From: Chiloscyllium plagiosum
Taxonomy: Eukaryota
Direction: 5' to 3'
Length of the DNA: 64,000 bases
NCBI RefSeq assembly: GCF_004010195.1
Contig: NC_057719.1
Coordinates: 75,073,960-75,137,959, forward strand
Shown here: one piece after another, positions 52,640-63,216 of the stretch
How the letters are laid out: each line of letters opens with the position of its first letter
Numbering within the stretch: position 1 is the stretch's first letter
Position numbers and translations under genes: made by a program
The notes under the pieces: generated by a model
Databases searched by the model: none
What the model saw: only the letters and a program-made list of their open reading frames with translations
Told to the model about the DNA's origin: nothing

Positions 52640-53775
52640 GCTGTGAATGGGGACTGTTAGTGACTGCCAATGGGTAGTGTGTAATAGCAGGTTGTCCTGG
52701 AGGGAACAGTCCTTATGGAATGCTGACAAGGGAATGGAGGGGAATATATGTCTGATGGTGGCACCTTGCTGGGCAGGGCAGGAATGGCGGCTAATGGTCC
52801 TCTGGATGTGCATCTTTTGGGATAGTGGGTGAGGTCAAAGGGGGAACCCTTTCACTGTTATGGGAGAGATGAGAGGGAGTGAGGGCTGAAATGTGGGAGA
52901 TGGGTCAGGGTCCTGCCAACTACAGTGCCAGGGAATGCTCGATTAAGGAAAAAAGCGGACAGTTTGAAGGTCATCCCCAGCCCCAGAAGCACATCCAGAG
53001 GTTCATTAACTGTCATTTCCACCATGTCCATTGGGATGTCACCAGCAGACACATGTTCCCCTTCCTTCAGTTGTCAGCCTTCTGCAAGGATCGATCCCTC
53101 TGGGACACCCTGGTCCACTCCTCTTTCACTCCAAACACACTCCCAAGGTGCCTTCCCCTGCCCATTTAATGCCCCCTCCTCTGAGTCCAAGGTCCCAAAT
53201 ACACCTTCCAGGTGAAGCAGCAATTTATGTGCACTTCACACAATCTAGTCTACCGTATTTGCTGCTCACACTGTGGTCTCCTCTACATTGGAGAAGTGAA
53301 GCGTTGACTGGTTGACCCGGACTCAAAATCGAGTTCAACAAATTTATGACATGAGCATCTTTCCTAAGTTCTCCACACTTACGCACACGTGCACATGCAC
53401 ACTCGTGCACAAACACACCGGGCCTTGTTATCACATGAGCTGCTATTACACATAACCCATTATTAGCCTTTAAAGTCCCTATTAACAGCTACTCATACCC
53501 CCCACGCTGATTGTTATCCTCTCCTTTGCCTCTCCAACTGTTTCTCTCTCACTTTAGGCTCTATCTCCACCTGTCACTTACTCCTTACTCCCTCTCCCAT
53601 TCTATCTTCTGCATTAAAAAAAACATTTTCCTAGCAACCATCAGTTCTGAGGAAGAGTCACCAAACCCAAAACGTTAACTCTGATTTCTCTCCGCAGATG
53701 CTGCCAGACCTCCTGAGATTTTCCAGCAATTTCTGTTTCAGTTTCTGATTTCCAACATCCGCGGTTCTTTCGGGT
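52640..53775. mobile_element. Rearranged Penelope-like element remnants
   Basis: + strand 53225-53310 encodes FMCTSHNLVYRICCSHCGLLYIGE (GIY-YIG N-terminus). Terminal repeat with gttCTGAGGAagagtcacc...aaacgttaac at 53644-53679. 52680-52830 is an inverted copy of a region homologous to 53040-53130. Confidence 0.72.
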
Positions 53776-54059
53776 TTTTTTTTTCAGTCTATTAAAGCTT
53801 TCCTCCGGGCTGCTTCATAAATAAGCACAGATTGCCAAATGGTAGTTGGCACCAGCACATCTCTTGTTTTATGATATAGTTGTGTCGTGCTTGTTTGTCG
53901 TGTGTGTGTGTGTGTTACTGAAGCTGAAACCAGACAAAGGTTATTGTCCCTTGTCAGTGAGAAGCAAATCAGGACGCCTCACCAAGTGTCTCACCTTGTG
54001 TTTATTCATTGTGCTGGATGGCAGTCACAACTGATGGAGCTCTTGTGTTCCTGACGCAG

Positions 54060-54304
54060 GTTTCCTGAGCCCGATCCAAACCACACACTGGAGGAACGCG
54101 TCGTACACTGGTACTTTGGTCAACTGGATAAGAACGGCAGCAACAACATCCACAAGAAGGAAATGAAGCCATTCAAACGCTTCTTGAGGAAGAAAGCCAA
54201 GCCAAAGAAATGTGGGCGGAAATTCACCGATTACTGTGACTTGAACGAAGATAAAACCATTTCATTGCACGAGCTGAAAGGATGCTTAGGAGTGAAAGAA
54301 GGAG
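54060..54304 (+). CDS. SMOC1: SMOC1-like exon encoding the EF-hand pair of the SPARC-type EC domain
   Basis: Acceptor tcttgtgttcctgacgcag, 245 bp. Encodes (R)FPEPDPNHTLEERVVHWYFGQLDKNGSNNIHKKEMKPFKRFLRKKAKPKKCGRKFTDYCDLNEDKTISLHELKGCLGVKEG(G). Two EF-hand loops and conserved Cys. Probable donor AG|gcaagt. Confidence 0.95.
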
Positions 54305-55329
54305 GCAAGTAACTATTTACAAAATGACGAATGAAACACTGCAGGTTAGACAGAGACACATTATGTCTGGCAACTTTCAATTTTGGCAGAATATTTAATG
54401 TAACTGATTTCCATTTTAACTGAATGGGAAAAAAAAATGGCATTTTACCTGAAACAAATTTCTCTTTCTCCAGCCTTTCTCCCTCCTCCCCTGCAGTGGC
54501 TGTACTGCCTCATTAATTTCCAAACAGTTTATTGAACCTAAAGACATTGTTTAGCTAAGTTGCTTCTTATGAAGGTTTTAGAATATCTAAAGCCTTCCAT
54601 TTCATTTTCCTGTAATGCTGTGTGTGAAAGTATACATGGATCCTGTCTCGATGAATTCTCTGCAAACCTTGCATGGTTGAAAGGACAGAGGAAATCTCCT
54701 TTCCCCTCCCAAATATGCTCTAAAGCTCACAAACATCACATACTGCCCCATTCATTCTCCTATGATGCTTACAGCTTTCATCTTAAATAGTAAAGGGCTA
54801 ATAACCTTAGACAACAAGTAACAGAAGAAATGTGTCTGATTTATGCATGTATTTCTCTGTCTGTCCCAATTCATGTTTGATTTCCCTTTCATTGATAGTT
54901 TGACTTTCCAAAATTCTTTCATCCAATATAGTGAGGGCCTTATTAATTCAATGTGGCAGGTGGAATCCACCAGCGCATCACTTGGTCACACCACATTCAG
55001 CAATGGAGATTTTATTAATAATAGATTATTGTTTTCTTCACATAATCCTTCAAAGTTCTTCGACAAAGAATGTTTGATGCAATTTTTGTTTGTACAATTT
55101 CTCCTTTACCTTCATTTTAATTTCTCTGTTCTTGCATTTTGGAGACAACGTATTGCCTTCACATTGATTTCCCTTCAGTATCATTTGCCTTTGAGTTTTG
55201 GTATTAAATTAGTCAGTAATTTAAGTAAGAAATCAAGAAGCTCAAATCACTATTTTAATGAATTGTCGCTTGGGTTTTTAAAGGGTAAGCAATTGATTTT
55301 CAGGCAGTTATACTTTTCTCTTTCAGAGA

Positions 55330-55556
55330 ATCCCGACAGTGTGGATGCAGGCTATTGGCTCATTGAAAAGCATCCCAACCCAGCCCACACTCTCCCAACC
55401 CCCTCCCACCCCCTCAACCCTATCTTTGTAACTCTGCATTTCCCATGGCCATTCCACCTAACCTGCATATCGTTGGTCTGTGGGAGGAAACTAGAGCACC
55501 CAGAGGAAACCCATGCAGACACGGGGACAATGTGCAACCCCATGCAGACAGTGACC
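55330..55556 (-). mobile_element. HE1-like SINE fragment
   Basis: V-domain tgtgggaggaaactagagcacccagaggaaacccatgcagacacgggg. Confidence 0.82.
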
Positions 55557-57340
55557 CGATGGTGTTTGAATTCTGCCATCGTGTCTTTGGTGAATATGTG
55601 CTGTAATTTGGGTGTAATTTGGCCACTGAGGAAATTTCCATTCCTCCTTGCTATGGACAATCTCTTCCTAGGGTGCAGTTCTACAGGAAGCACTTATCCT
55701 CTAGTAAATCAGTCAAGGAACCAAACTTCTCATCTCTTAGGCCCCCAGCTTTTTGGTTAGACTAAAATCTGGTAAATCAGTGACTGCATTGGAGCTACTT
55801 CTCATCTGGAATTGTAAAAAAACCATCAATTTTATTTCCAATTCTGTGGTTCTCCCCACAGATAACACGGAGCCAGCCGAGACTCCACAGCATTTTTATT
55901 TTTTTATTTTTTAATAGCAAAGTTTTGTTTTAAATCCTAAATGAGATAATATGTTTCTTTTTATTCAGAATACTACTTTGGCAATTTTTAAACCAAAAAA
56001 GAATTACAGTTTCTCCAGAGTCTATGAGCACATTGGAAGTTAGGAATTCAGCTTGTCTGATGTTTCCTGATTGTAAATCCATCATTACTCACTGAATCCT
56101 CAAAAAAATGAAACAGAGGGAACAGTTAATGATAGCTAAAGCACACACAAGACTTGCAACTGGTGAAAGACTGCTTAATATTGTTAATCTGTGTCAAGCC
56201 AATTTATTTCTATTAATGCAGCAGCTGATGCTGACAATGAGCATGTGCAGGAAATGCTGCTCCCTATTTGTTGCAGCACAAACAAACATGCCATTTGAAA
56301 GGGGATCTGTTTGAAAACTGGGGGAATGGGGTCAGAACTGGACTTGGCTGGGCTTACCTTTGACTGACTCTGGCCAAATTATCCAGACTATCAAACAGTC
56401 TTTTGTTGCTTTCATCAACTACAATAAGGTTGCTGTCACTTGTGTATCTATGTGTGTCAGCATGAGCCAGAACTTTCGAGAGAGGAACGATGTGGAGGGC
56501 AGAAACATGGGGAAACGTCGGAACAATGGAAATAAGGCATGACATTTTTATATTTAATAAAGTACTATGTTGATGCAGCTGTCCTTAAAAAAAAATACAA
56601 GTATTTGAGGGTTCCAAACAACAATGATAACAACATATATTTATGCAGTGCGTTAACTGAATGAAGTGTCCCAAGGTGCTTTGTTCGAACATTATAAAAC
56701 AAAATATGGCCACAAAGGTGATATTAGTTGAGACGATCCAAACTCTTTATAGCAGGCATTAAAGGATGAGATTAAATGGAGTAGAGCATATATTGTGGAG
56801 CTTGGGGTCTAAGCAATTCAAGGCACTGTTACCAACAGTGAAACAATTATAATTGGGAATGCTCAAGAGACTAGAATTACACTAGTGCAGAAATCTCGAA
56901 GCACTGTAGAGTTGGACAACATTATAAAGAGAGGAGGGGAAAAAACCATGGACATATTTGAATGCAAGGATGAGAATTTGTAAGTGAAGAATTTGCTTGG
57001 CCAGTAATCCAGAGTGATTTAGAATCTGATTTGATCTACATGTATGAAAAGAATTCCCCTTCGCACTTGTATCCTGAACTTTTACCTTCTCATCAACTTG
57101 CTTTGGAAACTGCCCACCTTACGGCTACTGGCATGGCAAAGTGGTCCATAAATTGAGCTATGGTCAGACTGGTCAGCAGCCTTTCCTCCTTTCATAAACT
57201 TGTTTTCCCACAGATAGAGAGATCACAGAATCCAAAATTTTTCATTAAAAGGCGTTTCAAACTTTATGAACACATTACACACCAAGACAGATTTAGTAGA
57301 TAACCAAATGGTCAAGGGCTATAAATGGACCACAAAGGAC

Positions 57341-57655
57341 ATCACAGTGGCTCAGTCATTAGCACTGCTGCCTCACAGCGTCGGGGACCAGGGACTGATT
57401 CTACCCTTGGGTGACTATCCGTGTGAGTTTGCACATTCTCCCTGTGTCTGCGTGGGTTTCCTCTGGGTGCTCCAGTTTCCTCCCACAGTCCAAAGGTGAG
57501 ACGGATTGGCCATGCTAAATTGCCCTCAGTGTCCAGGATGTATAGGTTAGGTGTGTAAGCCATGGGAATTACAGGGATGAGGTGGGTCTGAGTGGGATGT
57601 ACTTCATATGGCCAGTGTGGACTCAATGGACTGAATGGCCTGCTTCCACACTGGA
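57341..57655 (+). mobile_element. HE1-like SINE
   Basis: tRNA-like head plus V-domain plus CR1-like tail. Confidence 0.85.
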
Positions 57656-58324
57656 AGGAGTTTACAAAAGTAAATTAACATTCTTTTGCCACGGAGACAT
57701 CTTCGAATACAGTGGACTACGTTGATTTGTGCAGAATGTTTCGGTTTAAAATAAAGGGCTCTGTGATTTTTACGGAGAAACAGAACACTATTGCAAACAC
57801 TGGATTCCTGGCCTCAGAAATGATTTGGCTTTATTTAGACATTCCTTCAGCAATTTTTTTTGTTCCTTAACTTGTGGTGAAGGGGTGCGATGCTAACTAA
57901 ATTTCACCGTCGTAGTTGAGGCTGGCACATTTGAGCAGCAGACGGTAAAGTGGAGACAGGAATTCATCCCGATTCCGATTTTCAAGCAAGTAAATCTTCA
58001 GGCTTTTATTACAAGCCAGTGGGTACAGCTTGTGCACTGATCAGCGAAAGTAGATGGAAAGTCTTGATTGCAGATGAAAGAAAAAGGTCGTGTTGGGACT
58101 GAGTTAAAGAAGGATCTGCCTCTAATGACAATTTCTTCAGGCCTACTGCAGGTCTTTAAGGAGATGTGTTGCCTTCATTCATTGTACATTCTCACTGCGT
58201 TAAGATCAAATCAATATCCTATCTGACCCTGTCCTTTCTGTGACCGTACTTCCCTCAGCTTTTCATTCTTCTCACGAACGCAAAAGAAAGATTACAATTA
58301 TGTTGCACTTTTTAACAATCTCAT

Positions 58325-59259
58325 TACATAGACCATAGAACGCTACAGCGCAGTACGGGCCCTTCGGCCATCGATGTTGCACCACCCTGTCATACTAATC
58401 TGAAGCCCATCTAACCTACACTATTCCATGTACGTCCACATGCTTGTCCAATGACGACTTAAATGCACTTAAAGTTGGCGAATCTACTACCGTTGCAGGC
58501 AAAGCATTCCATACCTTTACTACTCTCTGAGTAAAGAAACTACCTCTGACATCTGTCCTATATCTGTCACCCCTCAATTTAAAGCTATGCCCCCTCGTGC
58601 TCGCCATCACCATCCTTGGAAAAAGGCTCTCCCTGTCCACCCTATCTAACCCTCTGATTATCTTATATGTCTCTATTAAGTCACCTCTCAACCTTCTTCT
58701 CTCTAACGAAAACAGCCTCAAGTCCCTCAGCCTTTCCTCGTAAGACCTCCCCTCCATACCAGGCAACATCCTAGTAAATCTCCTCTGCACCCTTTCCAAA
58801 GCTTCCACATCCTTCTTATAATGCGGTGACCAGAACTGTACACAATACTCCAAGTGCGGCCACACCAGAGTTTTGTGCAGCTGCAGCATAACCTTATGGT
58901 TCTGGAACTTGATCCCTCTGTTAATAAAAGCTAAAACACTGTATGCCTTCTTAACGACCCTGTCAACCTGGGTGGCAACTTTCAAGGATCTGTGTACATG
59001 GACACAGAGATCTCTCTGCTCATCTACACTACCAAGAATCTTACCATTAGCCCAGTACTTTGCATTACGGTTACTCCGACCAACGTGAATCACCTCACAC
59101 TTGTCCGCATTAAACTCCATTTGCCACCTCTCAGCCCAGTTCTGCAGCTTATCTGTGTTACTCTGTAACCTACTACATTCTTCGTCACTATCCACAACTC
59201 CACCGATCTTAGTGTCATCTGTAAATTTATTAACCCACCCTTCTACGCCCTCATCCAGG
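58325..59259 (-). mobile_element. Young 5'-truncated CR1 with an uninterrupted RT C-terminal reading frame
   Basis: ORF 58416-59345: LDEGVEGWVNKFTDDTKIGG...LEYCVQFWSP...LERVQRRFTRMLPG...RRRLRGDLIETYKI...FFTQRVVKVWNALP. About 280 codons without a stop. Confidence 0.95.
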
Positions 59260-59431
59260 GTGCTTTGCAGCCAATAAAATATTTCTGAAGTGTAGGCACT
59301 GTGTGATTCTTGCGCATTCTGTTTGTGCACAGCAAGATCCCACAAACATGTGATAAAAGAGCACTGAATCTGTTGCTTAATTGATTGAGAGATAAATATT
59401 GGCTAGGATATCGGGCATAATTCTTCACTTA

Positions 59432-59960
59432 TAGAGTCATACAGCATGGAAACAGATCCTTTGGTCCAACCAGTCCATGCTGACCATAATTCCAAACTAA
59501 ACTAGTCCCACCTGCCTGCGCTTGGTCCGCATCCCTCCAAACATGTCTTTTTCATGTACTTACCTAAATGTCTTTTAAATGTTGTAATTGTACTTACATC
59601 CAACACTTTCCCTGGAAGTTCATTCCACACACGAATCACTCACTGTGGAAAATATTTGTCCCCCATGTCTTTTTCAAATCTTTCCTACCTTAAAAATATA
59701 TCCCCTAGTCTTAATCCCTCACCCTAGGAAAAAGACATATATCATTCACCTGATCTGTACCTGTTATGATTTTATAAACCTCTGTAAGGTCACCCTTCAA
59801 GCACCTATGCTCCACTGATTAAAGTCCCAGGCTATCCAATCTCTCCTTAAAAGTCAATCCTTCCATTCCCAGCAACATCCTGGTAAATCTCTGCTGAACC
59901 CTGTCCACTCTTCCTCCAACAGGATGACCAGAACTGGACGCAGTCCTTCTTCCAAGTGGT
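59432..59960 (-). mobile_element. CR1 3' fragment
   Basis: RVQQRFTRML and the 3'UTR with ctatgactcta. Confidence 0.85.
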
Positions 59961-61029
59961 GCCACAGTATCTTTTGCCATCCAGCTGAGAGGGCAGCTCG
60001 TGTTTCGACATAATGTCCTCCGCTCCAAAAGACAACATGTCTGACAGGCTTCCGAAAGAAATCAACAAAGTGTTATCCTGAATTAATCTGGTCATCTGCT
60101 CCACATTATTTCCCCCACTTTCCGTGCTCCTATGGTCCTTGGCTCTTCACGTGGAATTCCTAATCCAGGATCAGATTTATGCTCCTATTCTTCTATCTGA
60201 CCATTCTATTGTTTTGTCACCCACATAATGTGCCGAGTGAAACAAAATAATCAAATCCTAAATGTTGACAGCTGGTTCTGGATGGAAGTGTTGAAAATAA
60301 AGGCCCAGTCTTTGAGAAAGCCAGGAACAGGATGAATAAAACACTTCACATGTTGTTGTGTTACCTACAGCTGCAACAAGGTTCAGTAAGAGATTGCACA
60401 TCATCTAAAGTGCAAAAATATTTTCTTTCAGCAATACGTACAGTTTGGCTGTTGCAAAGGTATTACTAAGCTGCGGATCTTACCGGGCCCTTGTAGGTTT
60501 CATAAACAATTGCACGAAATAAAATTGAGCAGGAACTGGGTGGTTGGCACATTTGGTCCTTCCTTTTTCTCAGAGTGAACAGAACCTCTGATAGTTCTGT
60601 TTTTTTTCTTGTTTTTTTTATTTTTTATTATTTTCTCCCCTGCACCCATGTTGTGTGTGTGCAGGTGTAGGACACAGTGAAGGACAACAAGTGTGTAAAT
60701 CTTTATTTATATTCCACCACCAGGAAGAAAGGAAACACCTGAGTGGCCAGGGACGAGCAGTGCCCTTCATTTTGTCCATCAATCAGTTCAAACAGTTTGT
60801 TCATTGGTGGGCGAAAAGTCTCACCTCTGTCTACAACCTCAGAATGACCACAGCCTCATTTATTCGGGTTCGAACATGTGAGCTGTCATAATAATTTGCT
60901 CCCCACCCCTACCCCCCTCCTCCCGGAGACCCTCAATTTCTTCAGTTGCTTTTCTTGCCCTTTTTTTTCTTTTCGCTGTTCTCCTATTGGGCTTCAGTGT
61001 CTTCCTCAGCTGACCTTTTCACGTGACCC

Positions 61030-61168
61030 TCACATTCCTGATGAAGGGCTCATGGCCGAAACATCGACTCTCCTGCTCCTCAGATGCTGCCTGAGCTGTT
61101 GTGCTTCATCTAGCGCTGCCCTTCCCAATTCTGGCTCTCCAGCGTCTGCAGTCCTCACTTTCTCCTTT
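61030..61168 (+). mobile_element. PLE-terminal repeat with a near-intact hammerhead motif
   Basis: attcCTGATGAagggctcatggccGAAAcatcgactctcctgctcctcagatgctgcc. Confidence 0.78.
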
Positions 61169-61353
61169 ACCTGTGTGCGTCTAACAGTGTGTGACGGTAA
61201 GCTGGTGATCCATGGAGCCGCAGCTTTGGCTTCTAGCCCAAAGTCTGCATTTGGTTGCACTCCTTTCTGGTCGTCAATCCAGACTGCGTACGTTTCTCTG
61301 TTATTGTCAGGGTGATGAAGTTAACCTTTGACCTTTCCACCTTTTCTTTGCAG

Positions 61354-61407
61354 GTAGCAGTGCGAGTGGCCTCTCAAATGGAAGAAGACAAGGAACGAAC
61401 CCTTTCA
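61354..61407 (+). CDS. SMOC1: SMOC1-like short 54-bp penultimate (cassette-type) exon
   Basis: Strong acceptor ctttccaccttttctttgcag, donor A|gtaagg, phase 1-1. Encodes (G)SSASGLSNGRRQGTNPF(x), resembling the recalled long C-terminal isoform of rodent Smoc1 (...GKRAGTNPFIGRLV). Confidence 0.8.
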
Positions 61408-62084
61408 GTAAGGCTTAGCTTCTCTCATGGGTTGTAGCTATCGCAGACTATGCTCTGACCCCGCCAGGGGGGCGGGGTTGAGGGATAGGTGGGTGATTGA
61501 CAGGTGCAGCTGGTGAGTGAGGTGATGTTGAATCCTCCGAATCAAAAGCAAAATGGTTATTTTCCCACATTCGAAACACACTCCTCCCCGGACAGGTGGG
61601 CTCAGGAACGTGCTGTTCCCGCTAAATCCCTCGGCATGGCTGGAGGCTGTAGGCCTGTTAAATTTCTGAAGAGGAAAAGGTGAATGTCTAGCTGTTTGTT
61701 TGTGGGCAATGCTTGGCAAGAAAGATGGGAAAGCTTGTGCCAGTAGGGTATGTGTCACGAGGAAGAAAGTTTCCAGAGCATGTTGAGACATCATGGCCGA
61801 CTGTCCCCCAATTCAAGGACCATGTCTACTCAGGGGAGCAGGCTTCTGCCGTGACTGTACATTTGTGACTGACCCATTCTTGACCCAGTGGGCCAAACAG
61901 GCTATCAAGATCCGCAGTGCAGGATTTGCTTACCTTCACTGCCACTCTTCAACGAGAGTGTCACAGTGTCTTTTAAGCATTATCTTTGTCACCCCTCAGA
62001 AAATTGGCCATTTTAGAGTTGTGAGCGGTGGACCTGGTATGTGCAAATACTTTAATATCAACTATGCATGGTGTGCAGTGCACT

Positions 62085-62412
62085 ATAGTTGGGAAGATGT
62101 TTCCATTGGTCAGAGAGACTAGCACCTGAGGGCACAGCCTTAGAATAAACAGAAGACCTTTCAGAACAGAGATGAGGAGAAACTTCTTCAGCTAGAGATT
62201 GGTGAATCTGTAGAATTCACTGCCACAGAAGGCTGTGGAGGCCAGGTCATTGAGTATATTTAAGATGGAGATAGATAGATTCTTGATTGTCAAGGGGATC
62301 AAGGGTTGTGGGGACAATCGTTTGAGAAACTTATCAGTCATGATTGAATGGCGGAGCAGACTCAATGGGCTGAATGGCCTAATTTCTGCTCCTGTGTCTT
62401 ATCATGGTCTTA
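62085..62412 (+). mobile_element. CR1 3' fragment
   Basis: EARSLSIFKMEIDRFLIVKGIKG and the 3'UTR. Confidence 0.85.
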
Positions 62413-62789
62413 TAGCTGATTTTGCAGGAGACTTGTGTGAATGACAGAGAACAACTGAACATCACTCCACTGGGTGGGGACCAGTGAGCCAGAGGTGAAG
62501 GCAATCTGCAAAGATGAGAGAATAATAAACAGGATCAACAAGTGATGTGTTTCGAAGCCTTGTCAATGCAGGTAGTAGGGTGATGAAGAACAGTGCTTTC
62601 GGGCAAAAGTTCTAACGAGTCGGACGTGGTGATTGAAAAGTCAGGGTTCAGAGAGTGGCGATGGAGCAGATTGCAGTAGTAATAGTTGGGATCATTATTC
62701 CCTGCCCAGTTATATCATCCAATACACTCAGCTCTGTTATTCTGGACTATATATTTTTTTAAAACTTGGGTTGTGTCTAATGTACATTG

Positions 62790-62913
62790 AAAGAAAGTGA
62801 GGGCTGCAGATGCTGGAGATCAGAGCTGAAAATGTGTTGCTGGAAAAGCGCAGCAGGTCAGGCAGCATCCAAGGAACAGGAGAATCGACGTTCCTTATGC
62901 CCGAAATGTCGAT
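62790..62913 (-). mobile_element. PLE-terminal insert with a 14-bp TSD and a short inversion
   Basis: Flanked by tctaatgtacattg (62776-62789, 62914-62927). Confidence 0.82.
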
Positions 62914-63110
62914 TCTAATGTACATTGGTTTAGCTCATTTCGCTTTTCTCCGGGTAGTTCCGGCGAATCACTTTTGAAGGTATACCAGACAAGGCAGTCA
63001 CCTTTTGCATAACAAAGAGGCAAATGGCCAGTTTATTTCCCAACTCTTTCACTTAATTTGACATTTTAAGTGCCCGAGTGATTACTTTTTTGAAAAAAAT
63101 AATGATGTAT

Positions 63111-63216
63111 CAGATACAAAAGCGGGAGTTGCTGGAAAAGGTCGCAGCAGGTCTGGCAGCATCTGTGAAGAGAAATCAAAGTTAACGTTTCGGGTCTGAT
63201 GACCCTTTCTCAGGAC
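63111..63216 (-). mobile_element. PLE-terminal repeat (family of 12928-13056)
   Basis: Minus strand reads gtcctgagaaagggtcatcagacccgaaacgttaac...cagatgctgccagacctgctg. Confidence 0.7.

Noticed and set aside
54843..55760. 305-aa ORF
   Set aside because: AT-rich, F/L/S-biased intronic frame running through an antisense HE1 SINE, with no recognisable domain.
58416..59345. 309-aa ORF as a host gene
   Set aside because: It is a 5'-truncated CR1 ORF2, and its start codon comes from the flanking SINE.
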